In this document: positions 1 through 14,631 of the stretch, one piece after another
Numbering within the stretch: position 1 is the stretch's first letter
Layout of the letters: the number at the start of each line of letters is the position of its first letter
Made by a program: the position numbers and the translations under genes
The notes under the pieces: model-generated
What the model was told of the DNA's origin: nothing
The model's input: only the letters and a program-made list of their open reading frames with translations
Databases searched by the model: none
DNA from: the human T2T-CHM13v2.0 reference genome, Homo sapiens
Reading direction: 5' to 3' (one strand)
DNA: 64,000 nucleotides
Assembly: GCF_009914755.1 (NCBI RefSeq)
Contig: NC_060928.1

Positions 1-789
1 TTAATGTTGGCCTAATAATGTATGAATTAAAGGAAGAGATGAGGAAATATGTCAGGGAGACTTCTGATATTTCAGATGCACAATGTATTTCAAATATAAT
101 TTATATTATATTTAAATAATTTACACATATAATTTATACTTGAAAAACAGAGCCAGTTGGTTTTCTCCTTGCCTTTATTAGCAACATCTATTAGATCATT
201 ACATAATACATGTAGTGGACACAAAAGTGTGCAAAATGTCATATGATACTTTGATAAAAACAGGCTAAACATATGTTTAATTTACCAAAACTACACATAA
301 GAACAATGACTCGTGTGTACATAGAGTTCATACAGCTTTCAATTTTACTTGATAGCATCAAGTGGAACGTTTATCATCAGATGTAGGACATGCACCTTTT
401 CAGCTTTGCTATTCAAAGGGGTCCTCAAGAAGATCAAATCGAGAATATAGAAAAAAACAAAAATGAAATGAAAGAAATTATCCATAGCGCTAATAACTTA
501 AGAAAAACAGCACTGAACTTTGGCATGCTTCCTTCTCCAGTCACTTTCCAAATGCAAATATCTTTGCTTTGTTTCTTAAATATACTATGGCCATTCATAT
601 GTATATGAATGACACAACAACAGCATTGTATGAATATATATAACATATTGTGGTAGATCCAGTTCCATCATCCCTTGCCCATCTTCACCTTACTTTTGTG
701 CAGTAAGGAGTGACCTTGTTCCTCAATTCTGATTACTCAGATGTGAGGAGAAGGCTGCTGAAGGTTATGGGAAATCCATAGCTAATTTT

Positions 790-1400
790 TCTGATTAATG
801 ATGTTATTAGTGACTGTGATTTTCTGATATTGTGTATTGAATTTGGAAGATCTTTATAATTTAGCAAGCCAATATTTTTCAAATAATCAGTGTGTGGTAT
901 TACAAAACAAAGCATGGGAAAAGATTTTTTGAAAGTTCAAGATATGACAATGAATTTTCATGTATCAGAATACAAAAAGTTATAGATAAGGTTTCACATT
1001 CCATATAGTAGTTAACTTTTAATGAAATATAATTTATTGATTTTTGGTGTAGTATCAAAAATAATATCCGCAGTTGTCTGAAAGAACCATTAAAATACTC
1101 CTCCCCTTTTCAACTATATTCATGAGAGGCCAAATTTTCATTATGTACTTCAACAAAAATAATACATCAAAACAGATTGAATGCAGAAGTAGATATGAGA
1201 ATCCAGCCATTATCTATTAAGCAGGACAGTTATGAAATACAAAACAGTGCTACTCTTCTCAGATATTATTTGCTTGGAAACATGTAGTTACTTTTCCTAA
1301 AATATAGTATTTATATTAATCAAATAGGTTTGTTATTATTGTTTTAAAACAAACTAATAAATATTCAAAAATTCTCAGTTTTAATTTCTAACACTCTATA
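790..1400 (+). mobile_element. Charlie1-type hAT DNA transposon, 3' part (degenerate transposase C-terminus)
   Basis: 1040-1230 (ttttggtgtagtatcaaaa...ctcccctttcaacta...aacagattgaatgcagaagtagatatgagaatccag) matches the hAT dimerization-domain region (FWCSIK..YPQLSE..IKILLP..T...F....NRLNAE.DMRIQ). The element continues at 1829-1883 and 17390-17446. Confidence 0.75.
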
Positions 1401-1828
1401 TGTCATTAATAAAAAATAAAAATGGAGGTCACAGTGTAGATATAGCCCAAAGCCAACCACCTGTTACCACATGGCCAAAACATCGGTCATTTTGATTCCC
1501 CACCAACACTAGCTGTAAGCGTCAACAAAACACAAAATCATAAACATAAGCTTTATATCCTTGTCAACATGCATCAGTGAAATTAGACAATCAGCTATAG
1601 AAATTAGCTTAAACAGCTCCAGCTGCCTTAACAAAATGATGATGTGTAACAGGCAGTCACAGAAAAGGTCACATACTTCCTCCTTTATGTGTAAAAACTA
1701 TGTTGTAACTGCTCTGAGTGGGGATTCTTACCACCTTGGGCTGAGTTCTCCTGGTTTGTGAATTGTTCCTTTGTATGCACAATAAACTTTTACCATTTTT
1801 CTAACTTCATGTAGTTTTATATTTGACA
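1401..1828 (+). mobile_element. Solo ERV LTR inserted into the Charlie1 element
   Basis: TG...CA ends (tgtcatt...tttgaca) with an AATAAA signal near 1781. Charlie sequence resumes immediately after. Family not assigned. Confidence 0.55.
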
Positions 1829-1883
1829 TTATGGATATATCCTACATAAACAGAAGTCTTTGAGGTCCACAATAATATTTTTA

Positions 1884-2414
1884 AATATACTTTTTTAGTG
1901 CAATTTTAGGTTCACAGCAAAATTGAGTGGAAGATACAGAAATATTCCATATATTCCCTGTCCTCAGACATGCATAGCCTCCCCATTACCAACATCTGCC
2001 ATCAGAGTGATACATTTGTTCAACTGATGAACCTACATGGACACATCATTATCACCCAAAGTCAGTTTACATTGGGGTTCACCGTTGGTGTTGTACATTC
2101 TATGGGTTTATAATTACATCTATTCACCATTACAGTATCATCCAGAACAGTTTCATTGTCCTAAAAATCCTTTGTGCTCTGTCTCGTCATCCCTCTCTCC
2201 TCCCTAATCCCTGGCAACCTCTGATCTTTTTACTGTCACCATAATTTTGTCTTTTCCAGAATGTCATATAGTTGAAATCATACAGTAGGTAGCCTTTTCA
2301 GATTGGTTTCTTTCGCTTAGTAGTATGCATTTTAGATTCCTCCATGTCTTTTAATAGCCTTTTGTAGCTTATTTCTTTTAGCTCTGAGTAATATTCTGTT
2401 GTCTGGATAAACAC
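1884..2414 (-). mobile_element. L1MB-type LINE-1 3' end, left half (host of the NUMT)
   Basis: ttttaggttcacagcaaaattgagtggaag...aatattctgttgtctggat is the reverse-strand L1M 3' UTR signature. It continues in register at 17274. Confidence 0.8.
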
Positions 2415-2420
2415 TTTTGC

Positions 2421-3258
2421 TTGCATAGGCAAACAAAATGTACCACTCTGGCTTAATGTGGGATGGGGTGTTGAGGGGGTTGGCTAATGCATAGTTATCT
2501 GGGTCGCCCAGGAGGTCAGGCGAAAATAGTACTAGAATTATTAGGAGGAGGAGGAGAAAAATTAAACCTAAAATGTCTTTGGTAGTATGGTAGGGGTGGA
2601 AGGTAATGTTGTCAGGGTCTGATGAAAACCCTGAAGGGTTATTAGATCCTGTTTCATGTAGGAATTAAAGGTGAACAGCTGCTAGGGCTGTAATGATGAA
2701 GGTAAGATGAAATGGAAAGTGAAGAATCATGTAAGGGTGGCTTTGTCGACTGAGAACCCACCTCAGATTTATTGCACAAGGTCAGTTCCAATATATCGGA
2801 TGGCTGATAGTAGATTTGTAATTACTGTAGCGCCTCAGAATGATATCTGGCCTCATGGGAGCATGTAGCCTATGAATGCTGTTGCCATTGTTTTGAGTAG
2901 GAGGATGATGCCAATATTTCAGGTTTCTAGGAATGTAAATGATCTATAGTATAAACCTCAGCCAATGTGTAAGAAGACGCAGATAAAAAATATTGAACTG
3001 CCATTAGCATGAAAATAGCGAACAATTCAGCCGAAGTTTACATGTCGGCTGATATGAGTGACTGAAGAGAAGGCAGTTGAGGTGTCTGATGTGTAGTGCA
3101 TGGCCAAAAGCAGTCCTGTCCTGTAATGATTTGGAGGGTTAGGCAGGCACCAAAAAGTGAGCCAAAGTTTCATGATATAGAAAGGTTAGATGATGTGGGA
3201 AGATCAATGAATAATTAATAGTTTTTATTAGCAGGTGTGTTTTGCATATATTGGCCAT
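2421..3258 (-). pseudogene. CYTB: Cytochrome b pseudogene, 3'-truncated
   Basis: Starts ATGGCCAATATATGCAAAACACAC and ends at the PHIKPEWY.LFAYA motif. Indels include a 5-bp duplication near 3114-3123. Confidence 0.95.
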
Positions 3259-3262
3259 TAGC

Positions 3263-3331
3263 CTTCTTATAGTTGAAATACTACAATGATTTTTCATGTC
3301 GTTAGTCATGATTATAGTCCATGTGGGAATA
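3263..3331 (+). tRNA. mt-tRNA-Glu NUMT copy (pseudo)
   Basis: Homology to mt-tRNA-Glu, anticodon TTC, located between CYTB and ND6. Confidence 0.85.
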
Positions 3332-3853
3332 ATGGCATATACTATATTTTTATTAAGTGTCACTTTGGTTATAGGATTTGTAGGTTTCTCTTCGAAACCT
3401 TATCCTATTTACGGAGGTCTAGGGCTAATTATTAGTGGTGCTGTGGGTTGAATTTGTTGAATTTTGGTGGTGCTTTCGTGGGGTTGATGTTTTTTTAATT
3501 CCCCATTTGTGTGGTATGATGATTGTTTATGGCTATACCACAGCGATGGCTACTGAGGAGTATCCTGAAACATGAGGGTCAAGTATTGATATCTGAGGAG
3601 CCTTATTATTAGGACTAATAATGGAGTTGATGCTGGTTCTGTGAATAGTTGAGCATGATGCAGTGAGGATCATGGTTAATTTTAATAGCATAAAGAGCTG
3701 GACGATTTTTGAGGGTGAGGGGGCAGGGTTGTTGCGTGAAGATTCTGTGTATGTGGCTGCCTTGTACAGTTATGAATGCTGATTAGTGGTAGTTGCTGGT
3801 TGATGATTATTTGTTGGTATTTATGTTCTGATTGAAATTATCAGGATAATAGA
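3332..3853 (+). pseudogene. ND6: NADH dehydrogenase subunit 6 pseudogene
   Basis: ATG at 3332; [17 protein letters not shown] motif; opposite strand to the other genes, as in mtDNA; AGA end. Confidence 0.92.
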
Positions 3854-5649
<1,796 letters not shown>

Positions 5650-5720
5650 TACTTTTATTTGGAGTTACATCAATGTTTTTGGTTCCTAAGACCAATGGAT
5701 AACTCCAATCCTTTAAAAGT
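5650..5720 (-). tRNA. mt-tRNA-Leu(CUN) NUMT copy (pseudo)
   Basis: ACTTTTAAAGGA...GGTCTTAGGAACCAAAAA...CTCCAAATAAAAGTA. Confidence 0.85.
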
Positions 5721-5779
5721 TGAGAAAGCCATGTTGTTAAACATGGGGGCATGAGTTAGCAGTTCTTGCATACTTTCTT
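5721..5779 (-). tRNA. mt-tRNA-Ser(AGY) NUMT copy (pseudo)
   Basis: AAGAACTGCTAACTCATGCCCCCATG...GGCTTTCTCA. Confidence 0.85.
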
Positions 5780-5848
5780 GGTAGGTAAGAAGTTGCAGGC
5801 TTTTATTGTTAGATCCACGATCTAATGTTTTGGTTAAACTATAGCTAC
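5780..5848 (-). tRNA. mt-tRNA-His NUMT copy (pseudo)
   Basis: GTAGCTATAGTTTAACCAAAACATTAGATCGTGGATC; expected position after ND4. Confidence 0.85.
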
Positions 5849-7217
5849 AGCATGCAAACCACATAATAATTTTAGGGTTTAAGGATAATAGGAAGATAGG
5901 TGCAAGATGTATAAGTATTAATGTGTTTTCTCATGTAAAGGAAGGTTTAATACTGTTAATATAATATGCAAGTGTCCCTCGTGTTGTGATTAGCATATAC
6001 AGGGAGTAAAGGGCTGTAATTAGTATATTAAGTCGTATAAGCATAATAGTGATATTTGATCAGGAGAATAAGGCCATAGTCACAAAGAGTTCTTCTACTA
6101 GATTAATGGTAGGGGGTAAGGCAAGGCTAGTAAGATTTGCTAGAAGTCATCAAGAGGCTATTAGCGGGAGCAGTGTTTGAAGGCCTCAGGTAAGAAATAT
6201 GGTTTGGCTATGGACTTGCTCGTAGTTTGAATTTGCTAGGCAGAAGAGTAAGGATGAAGTGAGTCCATGAGCAATTATAAGGATGATCGCATCTATAAAG
6301 CTTCAAGGGGTCTGAATGAGGATAGCCATAATAACAAGTGTTATGTGGCTTATGGAGAAGTAGGCAATAAGTGATTTTAGATCTGTTTGTCGTAGACAAA
6401 TAGAGTTTGTCATAACTATTCCTCATAGGGACAACATGAGGAAAGGGTAGGCTATATGTTCTGTTGGGGGTTGAGGTTAAGAGTAAGCCATATTATACGG
6501 TAACCGCCTAGCTTTAGGAGTACTGCTGCAAGTACTATTGAGTTGGCAATAGGGGATTCTACATGGGCTCTGGGGAGTCATAGGTGAAGTCCATATAGAG
6601 GTATTTTTACTATGAAGGCCATGATACATGCTAGTGATACAAGATTATTGGATCAGGAGGTTAATAGCTCTTGGATAGTAAATATTATTACTAGCATATT
6701 TAGTGAACCTGAGGTATTTGGAGTATAAACAAATGTTACAAATAAAGGAAGGGATCCTACTAGTGTGTAAAATAAGAAGTGTGATCTTGCATTGAGGCGT
6801 TCTGGTTGGTTGCCTCAGTGGGTGGTGATAATTAGGGTGGGAACTAGTGTGGCTTCAAAGAGGATATAAAATATGATTAGTCTGTGGCAGTGAATGCTAT
6901 GATTAAAAAAGTCTGTAGAGAAATCAATATCGAAATATAGAATTTTTTCATGGGGGTGATTCATTGGACAGGTGGTATTGGCTTGCTAGAATTATAAGAG
7001 GCAGTAGTCAGACTGTTAAGATTAGAAGGGGTGATGTCAGCAGGTCAGAAAAGATTAATGAGAAGTTGGATGAGTTATCGTTCAATTGGTTAAAAAATAG
7101 TAGGCTGATAAGGCTGATGAGCAGGCTGTGGATAACCATGTTGATTCAGATTATATAATTTTTAGAGAATCATATCATTGGTAACAGTATAATTGTTGGA
7201 GTAATAATTTTTAGCAT
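5849..7217 (-). pseudogene. ND4: NADH dehydrogenase subunit 4 pseudogene
   Basis: ATGCTAAAA start overlapping the ND4L stop by 7 nt, as in mtDNA; [13 protein letters not shown] region near 6360-6400; disrupted. Confidence 0.95.
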
Positions 7218-7503
7218 TGAAGTAAACTTAGATTTTGTATGTAATCTAGGCCATATGTACTGGAGATTGAAACTAGTAAGGCAAGGCCCACTGCGGCTTC
7301 TCAGGCAGCAAATACTAAGAGGATAATGGGTATTATGGATGCTAGGGTGAAATGTATATTTAAAGTTATAAGAGTATTTATGATATATATTGATTGATGC
7401 CTTCTAGGCATAATAGGGATGATATTAGGTGGGATTGATAGAGTAATACTCCTAGCAGTGATATGGTGTATGCTAATATAATAATAATATTAATAGAGGT
7501 CAT
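7211..7503 (-). pseudogene. ND4L: NADH dehydrogenase subunit 4L pseudogene
   Basis: ATGACCTCTATT start; LVFAA.EAAVGLALLVSISSTYGLDY region; 293 nt, so frameshifted. Confidence 0.92.
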
Positions 7504-7570
7504 TTGGTAAATGTGGTCTATCATAATCTAATGAGTCAAAATCATTTATTTTGACTTAAACTATTTACCA
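7504..7570 (-). tRNA. mt-tRNA-Arg NUMT copy (pseudo; anticodon TCG->TTG)
   Basis: TGGTAAATAGTTTAAG...GATTTTGACTCATTAGATTATG. Confidence 0.85.
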
Positions 7571-7916
7571 ATTCAACTCAGTCTAACACTTTTGGGGCTC
7601 GTTCATAAGTCAAGCCTAGGATTGAAATGGTAACTAATACAAGGGCTGTGCTGATTATTAGTGTCAGGTTGGTTGTTTGAAGGGCTCATGGCAGGGGTAG
7701 TAGTACAGCAATCTCTAAGTCGAAGAGGAGGAATGTGATGGCTCCTAAGAAGAATATTATGGAAAAGGGGAGGTGGGCAGAGGTTATTGGGTGAAATCCA
7801 CATTCATAGGAGTTGGATTTTTCTGTATAAATATTAAGTTGTGGGAGCCAAACTGCTTTTATTAGTAGTAATAGGGCCAGTAAGGTGTTGGTTACTAGGG
7901 CTAATGTCAAGTTGAT
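7571..7916 (-). pseudogene. ND3: NADH dehydrogenase subunit 3 pseudogene
   Basis: ORF 7686-7910 contains [11 protein letters not shown] and [17 protein letters not shown]; 346 nt. Confidence 0.95.
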
Positions 7917-7984
7917 TACTCTCTTTCGGATAATATCAAAACTAATTGATTAGAAGTCAATGGTACTGCTTATACTAAAAGAGT
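7917..7984 (-). tRNA. mt-tRNA-Gly NUMT copy (pseudo; anticodon TCC->TCT)
   Basis: ACTCTTTTAGTATAA...GACTTCTAATCAA...AAAGAGAGTA. Confidence 0.85.
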
Positions 7985-8766
7985 AGGATCCTCATCAGTA
8001 GATAGAGACGTATAAGAATAGTCATACTACATCTATGAAGTGTCCATATCAGGCGGCAGCTTCAAAGCCAAAGTGGTGGTTGGATGTAAAGTGGAATTTT
8101 AATTAGCGGAGGAGGCAGATAGTGAGAAATGTTGATCCAATAATAACATGAAGTCCGTGAAAGCCTGTGGCTATGAAGGATGTTGAGCTGTAGATTCCAT
8201 CAAAGATAGTAAACGGGGCCTCGAAATATTCTAAGACTAGTAGAAGGGTCAAACAAATTCCTAAGGTAATTGTGATGGATAGTGCTTGAAGTATCTGCTT
8301 TCTACTACTTTCTATCAGGCTGTGGTGAGCCCAGGTAGTTGAAACTCCTGATGCAAGTAATACAGGTGTATTCAGGAGAGGGACTTCTAAGGGGTTGAGG
8401 GGAAAAATGCCTGTTGGGTGTCAATGTCCCCCTAGCTCTGGAGTTGGGGCTAGGCTAGAGTGGTAGAATGCCCAGAAGAAACCAGCAAAAAAGAATACTT
8501 CTGAGATAACGAATAGAATTACGCTATATCGGAGGCCTTTTTGGATGATTGATGTGTGGGGGCCTTGAAATGTACTTTCTTGGATAATGTCACGTCATCA
8601 CTGGTATATATAGTGTGTTGGTTAGTAGGCCTAGGGTTAAAAGGGTGATAGAGTTAAAGTGAAATCACATGGCCAGGCCAGATGTTATTAGGAGAGCTGA
8701 GAGAGCTCCTGTTAGTGGTCAGGGGCTGGGTTTGACTATATGGTAGGCACGTGTTTGGTGGGACAT
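7985..8766 (-). pseudogene. COX3: Cytochrome c oxidase subunit III pseudogene
   Basis: Start ATGTCCCACCAAACACGTGCCTACCAT; HHFGFEAAAWY.HF motif near 8040-8080. Confidence 0.95.
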
Positions 8767-9446
8767 TACGTGTTGTCGTATAGGTAAAGGCTTACAAGTA
8801 GTGCAAAGACATAGGCCTGAATAAGGGCTACGGCGAATTCAAGGATGCTCAGTAGGATTAGAATAAAGAAGGCCATTGAAGCTGTGGGAAGACTGATAGT
8901 CGATAGTACTAGTGTGGCTCCTCTGATATAAATGCATTAGTAGGTGTCTGGCTGTAAGGCTGGCTGTTAATCGCACAGCTAATGCCATTGGTTGAATGAA
9001 TAGGCTAATAGTTTCAATGATCACTAGCATAGAGATAAATGGTATAGGTGTGCCTTGTGGTAAAAAGTGAGCTAAAGAGGTTTTAGTCTTAAAGCAGAAG
9101 CCTATAATTACTGCACCTGCTCATAAGGGGATTGCTATACCTAGATTTATTGATAATTGGGTAGTTGGTGTAAATTAATGGGGTAGAGGCCCAAGGAGAT
9201 TGGTTGAGGCAATGAAGAGAATTAGGAAGATCAGTATAAGGGATCAGGTTTGTCCTTTAATGTTATGGGTAATATTATTTGTTTTAGTACAAGTTGAATT
9301 AGTCACCGTTGAATGGAAATCAGTTGGTTACTAATTAGATGACTGGAGGTTGGAAGTAGTTTGGTGGGAAATAAAATGATTAATACTACTGCGGGTAGGC
9401 CTAGAATTGTCGGGGTAGTAAAAGGGGTAAATAGATTTTCTTTCAT
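8766..9446 (-). pseudogene. ATP6: ATP synthase subunit 6 pseudogene
   Basis: ORF 8839-9030 [29 protein letters not shown] then shifts frame; start ATGAAAGAAAATCTATTT. Confidence 0.95.
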
Positions 9447-9603
9447 TTTAATTCTCAGGGAGCTTTATGTTTTTGCATTTTGATTATTTTTGGTATAGGG
9501 GATGTATAATGAAATTTAATAATTTTAACTGAATAATGGAGAATAAAGTTATGGTTATTGACAGAATGACAACGGATTATGTGGAAGTATCTAGTTGAGG
9601 CAT
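9401..9603 (-). pseudogene. ATP8: ATP synthase subunit 8 pseudogene
   Basis: ATGCCTCAACTAGATACT (MPQLDT) start; 46-nt overlap with ATP6 ending in TAG. Confidence 0.9.
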
Positions 9604-9672
9604 TCACTGCAGAGAGGTGTAGATCCGCTCAGTCTTTAACTTAAAAGTTTAATGCTAGATAGTTTTACAGTG
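9604..9672 (-). tRNA. mt-tRNA-Lys NUMT copy (pseudo)
   Basis: CACTGTAAAACTATCTAGCATTAAACTTTTAAGTTAAAG...CAGTGA. Confidence 0.85.
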
Positions 9673-9675
9673 ATA

Positions 9676-10369
9676 TTATAGTGTGGACATGGATCAGGTT
9701 TCGAAGCATTTTAAGGGGGTTAATCCTAGGACAATAGGTATAACACTGTGGTTGGACCCACAGATTTCTGAGCACTGTCCATAGTAAAGGCCTGGTCATG
9801 TAGCAGTTAGGGTGGTTTGATTTAGGCATCCAGGGATTGCATCTGTTTTCAGCCCCAATGAGGGGATAGTTCATGAGTGCAGGATGTCTTCAGATGAGAT
9901 TAATATATGGATGGGGATATCTATTGGGAGAATAGTTTGGTTATCAACTCTGAGGAGTTGAAGTTCTCCTGGCTTTAAGTCTGCTGTTGGAATTATATAA
10001 GAATCGAAGCCTAATTCTTCATAGTCTGTACATTCATAGTTTCAATATTATTGGTGGCCAATGGTGGCCAATTGCTTTGACTGTAAGAGCAGGGTTGTTA
10101 ATTTCATCTGTTATTTACAGAATACGTAGGGATGGGAGGGCAATTAAAATTAAGATAATGGCAAGTAAAATAGTTCACACAGTCTGGATTTCTTGGGCAT
10201 CTATGGTGCTAGTATGAGTTAATTTTGTTGTGAATATTAGGGAAATAATGTATAGGACTAGGGGACTAATTAGGAAAATAATTATAAGAGTGTGGTCATG
10301 GAAAGTGAGTAGTTCTTCCATAATAAGGAATGTAGTGTCTTGAAGTCCTAATTGAACTGCATGAGCCAT
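9676..10369 (-). pseudogene. COX2: Cytochrome c oxidase subunit II pseudogene
   Basis: [25 protein letters not shown] start; CuA region [12 protein letters not shown]; 694 nt = 684 + a 10-bp tandem duplication. Confidence 0.96.
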
Positions 10370-10437
10370 TAAGACATATAGGATTTAACCTATAAACTAA
10401 CTTTGACAAAGTTATGGAATAATTTTACTAATATCTT
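10370..10437 (-). tRNA. mt-tRNA-Asp NUMT copy (pseudo)
   Basis: AAGATATTAGTAAAA...AACTTTGTCAAAGTTA. Confidence 0.85.
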
Positions 10438-10440
10438 ATC

Positions 10441-10508
10441 GAGAGAGTCGTGGGGTTATCTGACTGGCTTGAAACCAGTTTCTGGAGTTTTGATTCCTTC
10501 CTTTCTCA
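10441..10508 (+). tRNA. mt-tRNA-Ser(UCN) NUMT copy (pseudo)
   Basis: GACTGGCTTGAAACCAG...GATTCCTTCCTTTCTC. Confidence 0.85.
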
Positions 10509-10509
10509 T

Positions 10510-12043
<1,534 letters not shown>

Positions 12044-12055
12044 AAGTGGGGGAAA

Positions 12056-12121
12056 GGTAAAGTGGCTGAATAAGCATTAGACTGTAAATCTAAAGACAGA
12101 GGTCAAGGCCTCTTTTTAGCA
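12056..12121 (+). tRNA. mt-tRNA-Tyr NUMT copy (pseudo)
   Basis: GGTAAAGTGGCTGAATAAGCATTAGACTGTAAATCTAAAG. Confidence 0.85.
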
Positions 12122-12187
12122 GCCCTGAGGTGATTTCTCATGTTGAACTGAAAATTCAAAGGAGCAGCTTCAATCCTGCTGGGGCTT
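12121..12187 (+). tRNA. mt-tRNA-Cys NUMT copy (pseudo; anticodon GCA->GAA)
   Basis: AGCCCTGAGGTGATT...TGAACTGAAAATTCA...GGGGCTT. Confidence 0.85.
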
Positions 12188-12218
12188 CTCTGCCTTTCTC
12201 CCCCAATGGCGGCGGGAG
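12188..12218. other. Remnant of the mitochondrial light-strand replication origin (OL)
   Basis: Lies between tRNA-Cys and tRNA-Asn; imperfect stem ctctgcc...ggcgggag. Confidence 0.8.
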
Positions 12219-12293
12219 TAGATTGAAGCCAGTTGATTAGGGTGTTTAGCTGTTAACTAAATTTTATTCGTGGTTTGAATTCCACCAATCTCA
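12219..12293 (+). tRNA. mt-tRNA-Asn NUMT copy (pseudo)
   Basis: TAGATTGAAGCCAGTTGATTAGGG...TAGCTGTTAACTAA. Confidence 0.85.
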
Positions 12294-12294
12294 T

Positions 12295-12363
12295 AAGGGC
12301 TTAGCTTAATTACAGCGGTTGATTTGCGTTCAATTGATGCAGTATAGAGTCTTGCAGTGTTTA
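12295..12363 (+). tRNA. mt-tRNA-Ala NUMT copy (pseudo)
   Basis: AAGGGCTTAGCTTAATT...GATTTGCGTTCAATTGATGCAG. Confidence 0.85.
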
Positions 12364-12372
12364 GATCTGTTA

Positions 12373-12440
12373 CAGAAATTAAGAGTAACTTACTTACTAA
12401 GGGCTTTGAAGGTTCTTGGTCTTATTTAACCTAAATTTCT
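12373..12440 (-). tRNA. mt-tRNA-Trp NUMT copy (pseudo; TCA anticodon retained)
   Basis: AGAAATTTAGGTTAAATAAGACCAAGAACCTTCAAAGCCC. Confidence 0.85.
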
Positions 12441-13472
12441 AAGTTATAGTTAGTATTAATGGAGAGATGGGTAAGAGGAGGGTAGAAGAGATGACAAGTG
12501 GGGGGAAGAGTAGTGTGGGTTTTGTGTTTTCAAATTGTCATTTTATTTTCATATTGCTAGATGTGGGGAATAGTGTTACTGATAAGGAATAGACTAGGCA
12601 TATATAAAAGTACAGGTTGAGTAGGTTATGATAGCTATAATGATTGGGTTAATAAGGCTATTGTTTTTTGTAAATTCTTGAATGATGATTCATTTAGAAA
12701 GGAACCCTGTTAATGGGGATAAACCTCCTAAGGATAGTAGAATTAGTGGAATTACAGGTGTCAACCATGCTCATTTGTTTCAGGTGTGAGATAGTGATAG
12801 GGTTCTGGTGCTTATACTCTGGCTGAGTGCTAGAAATGCGGTTGTTGTTAGGATAAAGTAAATAATCAGGTTTAGGGTGGTAATGTTTGGATTATAAATT
12901 AGTACTGCTGTTGTTCAACCTATGTGAGTGACTGAGGAGTAGGCTAGGATTTTACACAGTTGTTTGATTAAGTCCCCCTCAACCACCCACTATAATGGAT
13001 AGGATTGTGACAGGAGGATGTTCGTGTTTGTTGATGAAAAGTTTGAAACACAGTTGAGATAGGAGCTAGTTTTTGTCATGTGAGGAGAAGTATACCAGAC
13101 ATCAAAGAGATTCCCTGAATTACCTCTGAGACTCAGAAGTGAAAGGGGGCTATTCCTAGTTTTATTACTAGGGCCACTATTATTATTAAGGATAAAAATT
13201 GATTGATAGTGTATTATTGTTCATTGTCCGGAGAACAGGTTATTGGGAAGGATATCTGTTATGAGAATTATAGATGTGGTTGCTTGTGTAAGGAAATATT
13301 TGGTGGCTGCTTCTGTAGAGCGGGGATTTATTTTTTTAATTAAGATTGGGGTAAGGGCTAGTATGTTTATTTCTAGCCCTGTTCAGATGAGAAATCAGTG
13401 TGAGCCTAGCATTGTGATAAAAGTTCCTGTGAAAATGGTGAGGGCAAAAATAAGTTGAGGTAAGGGATTAAT
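12441..13472 (-). pseudogene. ND2: NADH dehydrogenase subunit 2 pseudogene
   Basis: ATTAATCCC start after tRNA-Met; [17 protein letters not shown] motif near 13280-13330; deletions. Confidence 0.94.
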
Positions 13473-13540
13473 TAGTATAGGAAGGATATAACCAACATTT
13501 TTGGTGTATGGGCCCAATAGCTTATTTAGCTGACCTTAAT
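13473..13540 (-). tRNA. mt-tRNA-Met NUMT copy (pseudo)
   Basis: TAAGGTCAGCTAAATAAGCTATTGGGCCCATAC. Confidence 0.85.
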
Positions 13541-13541
13541 C

Positions 13542-13613
13542 TAGGACGTGGTGTGATAGGTAGCACAGAGAATTTTGGATTCTCAGGGGTAGGTTAAATT
13601 CCTATAGTACTAG
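13542..13613 (+). tRNA. mt-tRNA-Gln NUMT copy (pseudo)
   Basis: TAGGACGTGGTGTGATAGGTAGCACAGAGAATTTTGGATTCTCAGG. Confidence 0.85.
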
Positions 13614-13679
13614 AAATTAGAGGATTTTAACCTCTATTGTTTACTCTATCAAAGTAATTCTTTTGTCTGACATATTTCC
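13611..13679 (-). tRNA. mt-tRNA-Ile NUMT copy (pseudo)
   Basis: GAAATATGTCAGACAAAAGAATTACTTTGATAGAGTAA; 3-nt overlap with tRNA-Gln, as in mtDNA. Confidence 0.85.
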
Positions 13680-14629
<950 letters not shown>

Positions 14630-14631
14630 AT

